A stretch of DNA of 64,000 nt from a virus. Under the pieces are notes generated by a model. It had not been told where the DNA came from, ran no database searches, and worked only from the letters and a program-made list of their open reading frames with translations. The stretch covers positions 1 to 64,000 of IMG/VR virus record IMGVR_UViG_3300008266_009503. One strand, 5' to 3'. Of the stretch, positions 54,174 to 64,000 are shown piece by piece. A program made the position numbers and the translations under genes. Numbering within the stretch: position 1 is the first letter of the stretch; every line of letters begins with the position of its first letter.

Positions 54174-57100
54174 TTAAAACTGTAGATTATTAGATTCATA
54201 AATAGAAAAATGCATTGGATCTTTCGACTTAAACCAACTCACTCCGTACTTGTTTAAGATCAAGGCAACTCTTTCAAATCCTCTGTTAAAATCATTCTGA
54301 GGTAAGCTATTCCATGAAACGTCATACCCGTACACACTAGCATTAATGTCAATAGCAAAGCCCCAAGCATGAAAAGAGAGAGCTGTTCCGTTAGTTACGT
54401 TTCTAACAGCTAAACCTCCTGCTACGTCTACAATATACCTCTGAAGTCCTTGCTGACGCACTTCTGTAAAGGCAGGTACTAGTCTAGTAGCAAAGGCCGG
54501 ACTTACCCTAACTGTAACGTCTCCTGTATTTGTTGGAATTGTTACATTTACTAACCTTGATAGATATGTTGGGTTTGGCTGTAACCAGTATCGGCTTCCT
54601 TCTATTCTAGCGATCTGGAAAGTACCGTCTGCTAACTGTACTGCAGGTAATACTCCACCTGTATATTGGTTAGCAAAAGCAATATCAGACTGCGATACAG
54701 GGTATCCATCCCCTATTACAAATCTTCCTTGATCTGTATCTAATTTTTTCTTTAATGCATTTTGTCTCTTGTTTACTTCTGTAACAACTGATACGGTTGA
54801 GACATCTCTTAGCTTAATCATCTGACCTCTAATCTTAGTAAGCCATTGATTATTTACAATACTATGAGAGAGTCCTGCGACAATAAAGCCTACTTTCGGC
54901 CTACCCGGTTCTCCCCTTAACGAAAGAGGTAACCTATCTTCCGGAATCGTAAAAGCGTTTCCTATCAGTATACCTGCAATCCCGTCTATAGTGATTTCAA
55001 GATCAGCAGGAATAAACGGTGCAGCCGAAGTAACAGAGTCTTCTGATTTAGATTTAGAGATACATTCAATATAGTAATTCTTAGCTGCATCTACTTTATC
55101 GAAATCAAGATCAAAATTAGAATAAATACTCTCTACTAAAGCATTAAACTGTTCGGCTACTACCAAGTCGTTGTTCGTTTGGTCTGTAGATTTTTTCTCT
55201 ACAGCCTTTGTAGCAGCATTACCGGAAACAGGATCTCCTGATCCTTCTGTGATATAGGGTTTAAACCTATCTTGATAGGTAGCGTTTAAGTAGCTAAAGG
55301 AAGAGGGATCGGTAGCATTAATAGAACCTGTAGCTGCTTGTGCAGAGATAGCTACCATACTACCTAACTTAGTAGATACATTCGTTCTAAACTGAAAACT
55401 TCTAACTAAGCTCTGAAGACCGAAAACAGGTAATTCTCCTAGCCGTAGTTTACTTGTAGCGTTAACAGGAGTGTTTCTGTTTAGTATAGATACTTCACCA
55501 GCAGCACCCGGTACCCACTGATCGTCTTTTATCTGTACTGTATTCGAATCATCTCTATAGGCTACTCTAAATAAATTTAAATTACCTAAACTCTTATTTA
55601 CCTCTGTTAAAATAGCTTCAAGAAACGGCTGTAAGTTGACGGCATGGTCAGGACTTGAAGCAGTAAAACTATTTGCAACTTTCATTAAAAAGTCAACATT
55701 CAATAAGATGTTCATCGTTTTACCCTGGTATGGATTCCCTGCTAAGGTTTTAAACTCAGGTAATTGTCCGGATAATTCATCTTCTTGCTTAGGTAAGAAA
55801 ATTCCCTGTACAGCAGAAGAAACATTACTTGGAAAAATCTCTTTATAATCTTCGTTACTTCCTTGAAAAGGAATTAAGCATATTCTGGGGTCTATAGATA
55901 AATGCTGCGGGGAGGTAAGACAAAAGTTTGTATCGGGATTAAAATCGATATAAACGTACGGAGTCTTATCTGAACCTTGCGGTGAGTTGTTGGAACCTAT
56001 CTTCTGTTTTGAATCGTAAATTAAACACATATTGTTTATAAACGCAAGAAGATACCCTAAACTAATGTATACCGGATACTCAATGTTCTCAGAAGTTTGA
56101 TTACTTAGCTGATACTGTGTTAAGTATGCTCTACATAGCTTGTTAAAATCTACACTGCCTACTTGTCCAAATAGTTCCGGAGTACTTAAAGCATCGGCTA
56201 ATAAATTACTATTAAATCCTTTTTGGGCATAAGAAGTTAGGTTGAAAGGAGTCGTTCTAAAAATTTCTACAGACGGTACCGGATTAAATACATTTTTTAA
56301 TACTCCATCTTGGTAGAAAGCTTTAGTAGCAGAGACTAGATCTACAACAATTGTCTTTTTTGTAGCATTTTCTGCTAAAGTTGCTTGATTTAGGGATAAA
56401 GTCTTGACATAAGCTAGCATAACATGAAGTGCTGACTCATATCCTGGTGCTGCATCTGTTTGAGTGGCAGTAGCAGTATTTTCAGCTGCAGAAGTATCTC
56501 CGAGATTAGGAGTTTGAGTAGCTCTTACAGCAGGTAAGCTCTTAGTAATAGGCGGAAGAACTTTTTCAATGAAAGCAGTATTATTAAAGGTAACGCTTAT
56601 ATTAGGAATAAAATCTCCTACCTTAATATCTAGCAAGTTACCCTGTACTACAATGTTAGATCTTTTATTCTTAAGATTAGGGTTAAGACCGTAATCTATT
56701 TTACCGAGAAGATCTTCATCTACGGTAGTATCAATCGTAGTAATACTTATTTTACGGCTACCTGAAAACCATTTCTGCAAAGCCTCTATTAGCTGTTGAC
56801 GTGTAGGCCTGAATCCGGTAGACTCTGCTGAAGGAGGTTGGTAATTTAGTACGAGAAAAAAAGTTTTTAACTCTTCTACTCCTTGTGCATTTTTTACCCT
56901 AGTTACATACGATACTTTAAAAGCTATCCCAGAAGAAACAGGATCTACCAAGTTAATATTAGCTAAAACTCTAGTAAGTCCAGCTCCTAGTATGTTAGCT
57001 GCAGTAGAGAAAACAGGAAAAACCGGTTCATTCGGATCTACGTACAAATCACCAGACAGAAACCTATTTACGGTACTTGCGATATTAGGAGTTGTACTAG

Positions 57101-58496
57101 TTCTGATAGTCTCATCATAGAGCTTAACAAAGTTATCCTCTCCTAAATTATTTTGCAGATTCACTCCTTCTGCTTCTATAAAAAACCGAGCTGCTTGATT
57201 TAACAGGGTAGCAGAAAGGGCTACGGGTGGTGAGTTTTCTGCAAAAACTACTTGCCAATCACTTCTAACACCCGGGACAGGGTTTAAAAATAGTCCGGTA
57301 TACTTAGTATTAAGCTCTCTTACGTAAGGTACACTGTTACTGGTACCTCCTTTTTGTGCTCTATAAAAATAATCAAAAACGTTATTAGTAACGGTTAGAC
57401 TAGGTTGATAAGAAACAGGGTAAGAAACTACTTCTAAGAAAGATTGCTCGTTCTGAGTAACGGCATTACCTCCTCTATCATTTTTAAAGATATACTGGTA
57501 GATTTGCGAAGGGTTACTCGGCACAGCAGGCGGGGAAGGAGGTAATCCCTGTCCTTGTCTCTCTCTAGCAAGCCTGTCTTCTTCGGCTGCAATAGCTTTT
57601 CTCTGTATTTCAGCTTCGATAGATTGAGTAGCTTTTTTAAACTCTTTAACTAACCCAGAGGGCATTTTATAGGATTGATTAATTCTTACCGTATCGATAA
57701 TAGAGCCAAGCCCTACAATCTTTACACTACAATCATATCCTCCTTCTTGATTAAAAGACCAAGTAAAGTTAGAAACAATACCTAACATTCCGTCGTAGTT
57801 ACCGCTCAACTCTTTTGACTTTTTAGTAATTTTTTGCTGAACAGTTGCCTTATCTGTACCTACTGCAAAAGGATCGTCTAATCCAAAAGTATTAGTAGCT
57901 ATTTCAAATTTTCCTCCCGGTGTATTGACAGTAGGGTTGTTAAAAAATTGAGTATGTCCCCATTCTAGTAACATTGAATATCCTAGCCTAAAATATAAAG
58001 CTTCAACTATGTTAAGTTGATTCATATTCCAGACCTTAAAGTTGATCATAGCTTGTCTTAGAGATCCTAATCTTCCTGCTGTTTCAACTTCTACTGTGGT
58101 AAGTCCGGGCATTGGTCTATACCCGAGTTCTTCAATACCTCCTAATCCGTAAGCTCCTTCTGCCCCTATTCCCGATCTTAAAGCTATACCTTGACCTGTT
58201 CCTATAGAAGTACCTCCTTGTAAGATCCAGTTCTTCGCTAAATCTTCAGGCTTTGTATAAGTAGAACCCAGACCCAAAGTCTTATAAAACTCAGTTAAAG
58301 GTTTTGTGTTGGCAGAATCGCCTACATTTATGTTAACAGAAGAAATGAGTCTAGCCCATCCTGTTTTATTCGCTAAAAACAAAACCTCTTCATTACTTCT
58401 CTGAGAAGTGCTGTTACGTGTAGCTCTTATGTAGAGTTGATCTAAAACATAATTACTAAATGGAGCTCCTATTACATTAGATAACTTCTCAGCCAT
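54174..58496 (-). CDS. Baseplate hub-like protein with C-terminal M15 peptidoglycan peptidase
   Basis: RPMPG, LLEWGH, NYDGMLG-VSNFTWS, ITIDGIAG hub-type motifs; SFHAWGFAIDIN...DPMHFS peptidase motif. Confidence 0.75.
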   Translation of the reverse strand: MAEKLSNVIGAPFSNYVLDQLYIRATRNSTSQRSNEEVLFLANKTGWARLISSVNINVGDSANTKPLTEFYKTLGLGSTYTKPEDLAKNWILQGGTSIGTGQGIALRSGIGAEGAYGLGGIEELGYRPMPGLTTVEVETAGRLGSLRQAMINFKVWNMNQLNIVEALYFRLGYSMLLEWGHTQFFNNPTVNTPGGKFEIATNTFGLDDPFAVGTDKATVQQKITKKSKELSGNYDGMLGIVSNFTWSFNQEGGYDCSVKIVGLGSIIDTVRINQSYKMPSGLVKEFKKATQSIEAEIQRKAIAAEEDRLARERQGQGLPPSPPAVPSNPSQIYQYIFKNDRGGNAVTQNEQSFLEVVSYPVSYQPSLTVTNNVFDYFYRAQKGGTSNSVPYVRELNTKYTGLFLNPVPGVRSDWQVVFAENSPPVALSATLLNQAARFFIEAEGVNLQNNLGEDNFVKLYDETIRTSTTPNIASTVNRFLSGDLYVDPNEPVFPVFSTAANILGAGLTRVLANINLVDPVSSGIAFKVSYVTRVKNAQGVEELKTFFLVLNYQPPSAESTGFRPTRQQLIEALQKWFSGSRKISITTIDTTVDEDLLGKIDYGLNPNLKNKRSNIVVQGNLLDIKVGDFIPNISVTFNNTAFIEKVLPPITKSLPAVRATQTPNLGDTSAAENTATATQTDAAPGYESALHVMLAYVKTLSLNQATLAENATKKTIVVDLVSATKAFYQDGVLKNVFNPVPSVEIFRTTPFNLTSYAQKGFNSNLLADALSTPELFGQVGSVDFNKLCRAYLTQYQLSNQTSENIEYPVYISLGYLLAFINNMCLIYDSKQKIGSNNSPQGSDKTPYVYIDFNPDTNFCLTSPQHLSIDPRICLIPFQGSNEDYKEIFPSNVSSAVQGIFLPKQEDELSGQLPEFKTLAGNPYQGKTMNILLNVDFLMKVANSFTASSPDHAVNLQPFLEAILTEVNKSLGNLNLFRVAYRDDSNTVQIKDDQWVPGAAGEVSILNRNTPVNATSKLRLGELPVFGLQSLVRSFQFRTNVSTKLGSMVAISAQAATGSINATDPSSFSYLNATYQDRFKPYITEGSGDPVSGNAATKAVEKKSTDQTNNDLVVAEQFNALVESIYSNFDLDFDKVDAAKNYYIECISKSKSEDSVTSAAPFIPADLEITIDGIAGILIGNAFTIPEDRLPLSLRGEPGRPKVGFIVAGLSHSIVNNQWLTKIRGQMIKLRDVSTVSVVTEVNKRQNALKKKLDTDQGRFVIGDGYPVSQSDIAFANQYTGGVLPAVQLADGTFQIARIEGSRYWLQPNPTYLSRLVNVTIPTNTGDVTVRVSPAFATRLVPAFTEVRQQGLQRYIVDVAGGLAVRNVTNGTALSFHAWGFAIDINASVYGYDVSWNSLPQNDFNRGFERVALILNKYGVSWFKSKDPMHFSIYESNNLQF

Positions 58497-58794
58497 TATT
58501 TTCTATATTATAAGAACTTAAAACTCTTTGAACGTCTGTTGGAATTCTTAACTGTATACCAATGGGCGGGTAGATTGAATCCCCCGGAAGAGCATTAGCA
58601 GAAGCTATGATCCACCATAGACTTGAGTCTTGGTAAAAATCATATGCAAGTAAGTCAAGCCTGTCTTCTGCTGTTGTAATAACATAGTAATCGGTGTCGG
58701 TCGGTGTAATGGAAGGATAAATATTATTCCTATAATACAGACTTCCTGTTCCGTCTAATTTGACTATCGGTATGTTCTGATATCTTGATGCCAT
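58489..58794 (-). CDS. LysM/tail-X-like baseplate protein
   Basis: DRLDLLAYDFYQDSSLWWIIASAN...QLRIP. Confidence 0.85.
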   Translation of the reverse strand: MASRYQNIPIVKLDGTGSLYYRNNIYPSITPTDTDYYVITTAEDRLDLLAYDFYQDSSLWWIIASANALPGDSIYPPIGIQLRIPTDVQRVLSSYNIENNG

Positions 58795-58804
58795 AAGTTA
58801 AAAT

Positions 58805-60895
58805 TTAAAAACCACCTCCAAACTGTCCAGGAGCTCCCTCTGGTCTAAACCGGTTTACATTACTTCTAGTAGGAGTGGGTTGAGAGGGAGTTCTTCCTGG
58901 TTGATTTGTTAATCCAATACCATACGCAGGACCTTGTGGGATAAAACCTTGCTTAGCTTTTGCATTTGCTTTAGCTGCTGCTTGTTTATTTGCTTTATTG
59001 ACTACTGCTTTTTTCTTTGTAGCAGTATCAGCAGAATTAGCCCCTACCTGTATGGCAGGAATTCTCACATCTTCGTCTACAATGACTATTTCATCCTCCT
59101 GTGGGATCGGAATTTGCGGTGTAGGAGTCTTGTCTACAATGTTACCCATAAAGATATCTTTCTCTACATTACCTATTAAGGATACACGCGGGTTAGCCAT
59201 TGTTACCCTGGATGGTAAAATGTCCATAATAGGTCTAAAAGAACAGTATACAGTAACCATGTGAGGTAGCTGTGCTACATCGGATTCAACTAGCGGACCG
59301 TATAACTGTATCTCCCACGGAGTATTACTGTTATCAATAGTAATAGAAATATTCTCTAAAAATCCTGGCATTCTATAAATATAATCTCCAATCGTCAATC
59401 TAACAACAGATCCTCTCATTAACTTAGATTGTGGAGAGTAGTCTGGGTATAGCTGTGATAATAAAGTATTAAGCTTAGTATAGAGAGGTCTTACTTCTTC
59501 ACGTGTTTGTGCAAAAACTTTAAAACTAAATCCAATAGTTCTATCAAAGCCTTGATATGTCCTAAAAGTTTCACCCCTACCTAAATACTTAAAAGAGTCA
59601 AACTCCGCTGAATTACTATCTGAGATTTGTCCTTCAAGAAAAGCTCTAAAGATTAAAGCTACTGCGTAGTCTGGATTGTCATTAGACATACACTCGAAAG
59701 CAAACTTTATAATATCTTTCGTATCATTACCTCCTGCTGTCCAAGGGGTTTCAGTGCTGGCATTATAGTAAAAAGGATTTACCTTATTTAATAAATCTAC
59801 ACCTCCAGGCTTGGCAAAAAGAGGGTTAGTTTCTCGTAGAGGTTCTCCTGGATTACCTATACCTAATCCTCCTGCAAGACCGTCGTATGGTTTTGCAATA
59901 TTGTAAAGAGTATAATCAGTCCAAGGAATAACAGGACTACCGTTATTAGTTTGACTTCTAAAGTCCTGTATTGCAGCTTGAGTAGGAGATACAGGGTTAG
60001 TTGTACGAGTATCTTGATCAGCTAACTGCTGATAGGTTAATGCAATAGCAGAATATGGACGAGAAACTCCTACCGGGGTTGGATCTCCGCCAATAGTAAA
60101 TCCTACTGTATTATTGTCTAAAAAATTGGTAGCTTCTGTATTAGAGTATCTAAAAATTCTAGTATTTCCAATACCGTAGACAGATCCAGGACCTCCGGGG
60201 TAGTTAAATAGTTGATTACTTATAGGAGAAATACCTAGCTCTTCAATCTTATCTACAGCTACTCCAATATCAATAATATCTCCCCTTGTAGGTGCAAAGC
60301 CGCTTAAGTTTCCTAGCTTTAAAGACTTTAAAATAAGTAACCTATTAGTAGAGGCAGTATTATTTTGCGGTGCTCCGGCAATATATTCGTAGGTTTGTTG
60401 TAAACTTTCTGTTATTGTTGGAACGACTCCTTGTCTATTAAAATGTGCTCCTGTTCCCTGTACTTGTACCTGGGCTAAAGTGTTTAAAGGGTTATAAGTC
60501 TGCGTAACAGGTAGTACAGCATTGCCTAGTACACTACCTGCAAATTGTATAGTGTTAGGTACTTGAGTTCTGGGATTGGTTAACTGTAATCCTACCTGTT
60601 TTTGGATAAAAGCAGTACCGCGTGGAGCGTCTTTAAAAAATTTTTGAATCCTCTCTCTATCCACCGTTGCAGTAACAGCAGAAAAAGCTCCATCCACTAG
60701 TGCTGATATTGCACCCCCTCTAATTGGAAAATCTAAACCAGTTCTATTAATCTCATAGTACCTTCTTGTAGCAGAAGGAGTGTTAGGACCTTCAATAGGG
60801 TTTTGAATATAGGGTTGCCCGCTATACCCTCCTCCTGGTTGATCAAGTCCGTACTTGAGGCTAGTTAAATTCGTTTTAAAGTCTATTAATGGCAT
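58805..60895 (-). CDS. Baseplate / tail-tube initiator-like protein
   Basis: FRAFL...YLGRGE...RTIGFSF...VRLTIGD; lies between tape measure and LysM genes. Confidence 0.65.
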   Translation of the reverse strand: MPLIDFKTNLTSLKYGLDQPGGGYSGQPYIQNPIEGPNTPSATRRYYEINRTGLDFPIRGGAISALVDGAFSAVTATVDRERIQKFFKDAPRGTAFIQKQVGLQLTNPRTQVPNTIQFAGSVLGNAVLPVTQTYNPLNTLAQVQVQGTGAHFNRQGVVPTITESLQQTYEYIAGAPQNNTASTNRLLILKSLKLGNLSGFAPTRGDIIDIGVAVDKIEELGISPISNQLFNYPGGPGSVYGIGNTRIFRYSNTEATNFLDNNTVGFTIGGDPTPVGVSRPYSAIALTYQQLADQDTRTTNPVSPTQAAIQDFRSQTNNGSPVIPWTDYTLYNIAKPYDGLAGGLGIGNPGEPLRETNPLFAKPGGVDLLNKVNPFYYNASTETPWTAGGNDTKDIIKFAFECMSNDNPDYAVALIFRAFLEGQISDSNSAEFDSFKYLGRGETFRTYQGFDRTIGFSFKVFAQTREEVRPLYTKLNTLLSQLYPDYSPQSKLMRGSVVRLTIGDYIYRMPGFLENISITIDNSNTPWEIQLYGPLVESDVAQLPHMVTVYCSFRPIMDILPSRVTMANPRVSLIGNVEKDIFMGNIVDKTPTPQIPIPQEDEIVIVDEDVRIPAIQVGANSADTATKKKAVVNKANKQAAAKANAKAKQGFIPQGPAYGIGLTNQPGRTPSQPTPTRSNVNRFRPEGAPGQFGGGF

Positions 60896-60896
60896 A

Positions 60897-61127
60897 TTAC
60901 TTGGCTGGTGAAGATCTTAGAAAATCGAGGTAAGTAGGTTGCGCAACACTATTAGTACTAATGTCAATCGGACTCTGTATAGGAGGTATAGCACGAGATG
61001 TTATAGGGACTTGTACCCCTCTCTCTACTAAAGATACATTATCAGGAGTTCCTTCAAATACACCTGTAGGGTTGGTTAGCCCCTGTTTACTAAGTTTTGA
61101 AGTTTTTATTTGATCAAGGATAGCCAT
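60897..61127 (-). CDS. Small tail-operon protein
   Basis: Tightly spaced between flanking genes. Confidence 0.5.
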   Translation of the reverse strand: MAILDQIKTSKLSKQGLTNPTGVFEGTPDNVSLVERGVQVPITSRAIPPIQSPIDISTNSVAQPTYLDFLRSSPAK

Positions 61128-61129
61128 AG

Positions 61130-63433
61130 TTATTTAAGATTAGTTTGAAACATACCTGGGACTCTATTAACAACCTGTTTTGCAATTACTTCACCGTCTA
61201 CTACCATGTATACAGTCGTGGTTTGGTTACCAGTAGTGGTCGGGATTGGTCCATAGGCTGCAGCAGGTGCAACCGTTTCTCCTCTAGCCCCTCTCTCTAA
61301 TACCGATCCTACAGAAGGTGCAGCAGTTCCTTCTACAGCAGAAGTAGCAGCAGTAATACCGCTAGCAAAACCTGCCGCACCAGACCTTACCGAAGAAGCT
61401 AGACCTCTTAATTTTGTTGCTCTATCTTCACTAAAAAAGCCAGTAATGTCGGCCATTAGTTCTACAATTCCTGCTACAAGTTCACCTACCATGTTAACAG
61501 CACCTGCTAATCTATTCATAAGTCCTGTTATAAATCCTTGAATCTTATCTGGATTGGTAATAAAATCTAAAATACCAGACTTTTCAACAAACTCAACAAA
61601 AGTTGTTTTGATTCTGTTCATCAACTCGGCAAGACGTTCAGCAGTAGAAGTTTGCGTAATGTAATTATAAGCGTCTTCTCCAATTCTCTTACTAATTTCT
61701 TCCTGCGTTAGTCCTTTTTCTTTTAGAGCTTTTAATTCTTTCTGTGCTTGATCTAAATTAGTAGCACCTAACTTTCTATAGTAGTCTTGTTGTTTTAGAA
61801 CATCCGCTAAACCATCTCTAGTCATACCAACAGATTCTGCAATTGCTTCTTGCTGAATTCTATTCATTCTTAAGTACTCGTCTGTACTACCTATTTGGGA
61901 TGTGATTTCTCTAGCTACAGTTACAAGATCGTTATTTAGGGCAGCTTCCCGGGCTTTTGTTAAATTTAATTCTTTTCCTGTTAAAATTTGAGCTTCTATT
62001 TCTTTAGAGATACTACTTTCAAAATCTAGAAAACTACTAGCTATACCGTCAAGCTGTTTAAGCTCAATACCCATAGCTTTTGTAGTCATTAAGGCTTTTG
62101 TTAATTTTTCTGGATACTTTGTAAAAGTCAATCCCAATACTCCGGCCTGTTTTGAAGCCTCTCCCAGTATTTGCCTATATTCAAAAGCAACACCTGTTTG
62201 AAATTCAAAAGCTTTAGACTGTGCAAGAACATTCTTTGTTAACTGTGTAGCACTCCTGCCTTGAATTACGCTAGTTTGTGCAATAGCTTTTCTAGTCTCT
62301 AACTCAAGACCTGCTATCTCTTTTAACTTAATATTATTTTCAAGAATATCTCCTGAAAGTTGATTTCTAACACCAAGAGCTCTAGTTAATTCAACTTGAG
62401 ACTCCATTAATCTAGTCTCGTTGACTACTATGTTATCACTAGCCTTAGCTATTGCTCTAAAGTCTTCTTTTACTGCTTTGGCTTGATCTTTTGAAATACC
62501 GAGGTTACGAGCAAAATTAGTTATACCCTGATCAAGGCCTAAAACAAGGTCAGCGATGCCTTTAAAGATTCCTATCAAGCCTCCAAGCAATCCTCCTATG
62601 AAAGGTATTTTGCTAGCTATTTCTTGAAATCCTCCTAATATACTTGTTGCACCTGTACCTGATATTGCTCCTCCGCCTACGCCATAACCTCCCCCTATTC
62701 CTCCTGATACTAGCCCTGATACTTGTTGTAAGGGCCCTGCAAGAGAGGTAAGAATTAATTTACCGATTCCTAAAAGTGTATTTTTAATTCCCTGTACAAC
62801 AGTTACTAACCCTGCCGCTAAAGCACCGTAAGGACCTCCTGCAGCAGCTCCTGCAGCAGCGGCACCAGTAACACCGCCTCTTCCACCACCGCCGCCGGCA
62901 TTGCCTCCGCCTCCTGCTCTTGCACGAGCTATGTCTATGTCTCTCTGCCTGGCTTCCTTACTTCTAAATAAATCAGCAATCCTACCGGTAATGGTCCGCT
63001 GTTTATTAATATCCTTAATTAAGTCCCTTTCAGCAGTTAAGGCTCTTCTAGTAGCATCGGCTTGAGTTTTCCGAGCAGCTAGCATACCTCCTTCTGTCTT
63101 AGCTAAATCTTTTAACTTGGCTTGTTGCTCATTAAGCATTCTCTTGGCTTGCCTAGCAACTTGATTATTTCCGTTTCTCTTAGCTTGAATTAAGCTTTCC
63201 TCTAAATTCTTTATGACATTTAACTTCCCTTGATATTGAACTGCATTCCGGGCCTGTTCTCCTTGGAGTTTGTTTATAGCTTTATCGAAAACTTCTTGCT
63301 CTTTAGCAGCATCTTTGATCTTTCCCCTTAACCTGAGTATATTAGTCCAGGCGAGTTGTTCACGTTCTAGTCTTTCGACCCGTGATCTCTGTTCTCTTTC
63401 TTCCGGAGTTAGTGGATTTTGTGATAATGACAT
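61130..63433 (-). CDS. Tail tape measure protein
   Basis: Long helical Ala/Gly-rich protein; FESSISKEIEAQILTGKELNL; follows the chaperone pair. Confidence 0.8.
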   Translation of the reverse strand: MSLSQNPLTPEEREQRSRVERLEREQLAWTNILRLRGKIKDAAKEQEVFDKAINKLQGEQARNAVQYQGKLNVIKNLEESLIQAKRNGNNQVARQAKRMLNEQQAKLKDLAKTEGGMLAARKTQADATRRALTAERDLIKDINKQRTITGRIADLFRSKEARQRDIDIARARAGGGGNAGGGGGRGGVTGAAAAGAAAGGPYGALAAGLVTVVQGIKNTLLGIGKLILTSLAGPLQQVSGLVSGGIGGGYGVGGGAISGTGATSILGGFQEIASKIPFIGGLLGGLIGIFKGIADLVLGLDQGITNFARNLGISKDQAKAVKEDFRAIAKASDNIVVNETRLMESQVELTRALGVRNQLSGDILENNIKLKEIAGLELETRKAIAQTSVIQGRSATQLTKNVLAQSKAFEFQTGVAFEYRQILGEASKQAGVLGLTFTKYPEKLTKALMTTKAMGIELKQLDGIASSFLDFESSISKEIEAQILTGKELNLTKAREAALNNDLVTVAREITSQIGSTDEYLRMNRIQQEAIAESVGMTRDGLADVLKQQDYYRKLGATNLDQAQKELKALKEKGLTQEEISKRIGEDAYNYITQTSTAERLAELMNRIKTTFVEFVEKSGILDFITNPDKIQGFITGLMNRLAGAVNMVGELVAGIVELMADITGFFSEDRATKLRGLASSVRSGAAGFASGITAATSAVEGTAAPSVGSVLERGARGETVAPAAAYGPIPTTTGNQTTTVYMVVDGEVIAKQVVNRVPGMFQTNLK

Positions 63434-63456
63434 AAGACTACAACGTTACTGTACAA

Positions 63457-63464
63457 ATAAATAG
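63457..63464 (-). promoter_or_regulatory. CTATTTAT phage promoter-like motif (representative copy)
   Basis: Recurs in intergenic positions at about 1777, 2903, 5001, 6419, 23552, 27558, 31933, 39226, 46148, 48270 and 52174. Confidence 0.65.
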
Positions 63465-63468
63465 CTAC

Positions 63469-63748
63469 TTACTTCTTTTTTACCTTAGACGTATAGGTAG
63501 GTGTGACGTCTTGAGATTTGATCCCCGGTTTAGCAAGTAAGGGCTTATCTGCCGTAACTGTTTGTCTCTCATTACGGATCTCTTGTAGCTTTTCTAGATG
63601 CTCGGTAATAAACTTGATGTTGAGTCGTCTTTCAGCCACAGGCATATCCATGACTTCAGACCATGAAAACCCGCCACCACCGTGGTAGGTAAGTTCAAAC
63701 ACCTCTCTCTTAAATACCTGGCGGTATTCAACTCCCGGGAAAAAAAAA
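63469..63748 (-). CDS. Tail assembly chaperone C-terminal extension, probably reached by frameshift
   Basis: Frame is open from the T9 run: FFPGVEYRQVFKREVFELTYHGGGGFSWSEVMDMP; no ATG upstream of the GTG in this frame. Confidence 0.6.
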
Positions 63749-64000
63749 TTCCGCCGTAAGCGGGAGGCTCTCCTCTACCTCTTTACCGTTGGATAGGGTA
63801 AAGTTAACAGTTAAATCGATATCTGGAGTGAGATTTGTCATATAAGCTCTTAGTGGACTAGAATCCTTAGCTATGAGGTAGTTGTCTACAAAATCTCGTA
63901 CGTTCTTTGCTTCGTAATCACTGTTTACTGATAGAATCTGCTTTTTTAACCTGGTTGTAATTTCACCGGCAGTTAAATTAGCTTTTTTCAATCCTTTCAA
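63728..64000 (-). CDS. Tail/baseplate assembly chaperone (T4 gp26-like), partial
   Basis: ITTRLK...DFVDN...KDS..LR...PDIDL...EFFFP; lies upstream of tape measure. Confidence 0.65.
   Translation of the reverse strand: MKGLKKANLTAGEITTRLKKQILSVNSDYEAKNVRDFVDNYLIAKDSSPLRAYMTNLTPDIDLTVNFTLSNGKEVEESLPLTAEFFFPGS

Noticed and set aside
1578-63464. All plus-strand ORFs in the supplied track
   Set aside because: Short, antisense to well-supported minus-strand genes or RNAs, with no recognisable motifs; treated as shadow ORFs.
1-64000. Stop-codon reassignment
   Set aside because: Long conserved genes translate intact in the standard code, TAA, TAG and TGA all end genes, and no suppressor tRNA was found.

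Overview
AT-rich 64-kb segment of a large tailed dsDNA phage with T4-like replication and contractile-tail-type modules. Essentially every real gene is on the minus strand. The host is probably Bacteroidota: there are TTG-N20-TAnnTTTA promoters, Shine-Dalgarno sites are rare, and the tmRNA tag ends YALAA. In transcription order (right to left) the window holds: (1) tail chaperones with a probable programmed frameshift, tape measure and baseplate genes, and a hub protein with an M15 peptidase; (2) replication and repair genes: a second, thumb-reduced family A polymerase-like protein, SSB, RecA/UvsX, DenV, 5'-3' exonuclease, helicase and class II RNR; (3) a complete 7-deazaguanine DNA-modification cluster (queD, queE, queC, DpdA-like, queF, PurN-like formyltransferase, P-loop kinase, folE) next to dcd/dut and the main PolA; (4) an hsp20-groES-groEL operon; (5) an RNA operon with tmRNA, two tRNA-Leu genes, a family of anticodon-degenerate tRNA mimics and unexplained structured RNAs; (6) a ~17-kb sugar synthesis, acylation and glycosyltransferase island; (7) a lysis-like cassette containing a PAS sensor fused to membrane helices. 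The most novel-looking signals are the tRNA-mimic-punctuated RNA operon, the PAS-membrane protein among holin/spanin-like genes, a kissing-loop RNA leader on an HNH gene, ORFs clamped by long inverted repeats, and the steric-gate-altered second PolA. All functional calls come from motif recognition by eye; no searches were run.
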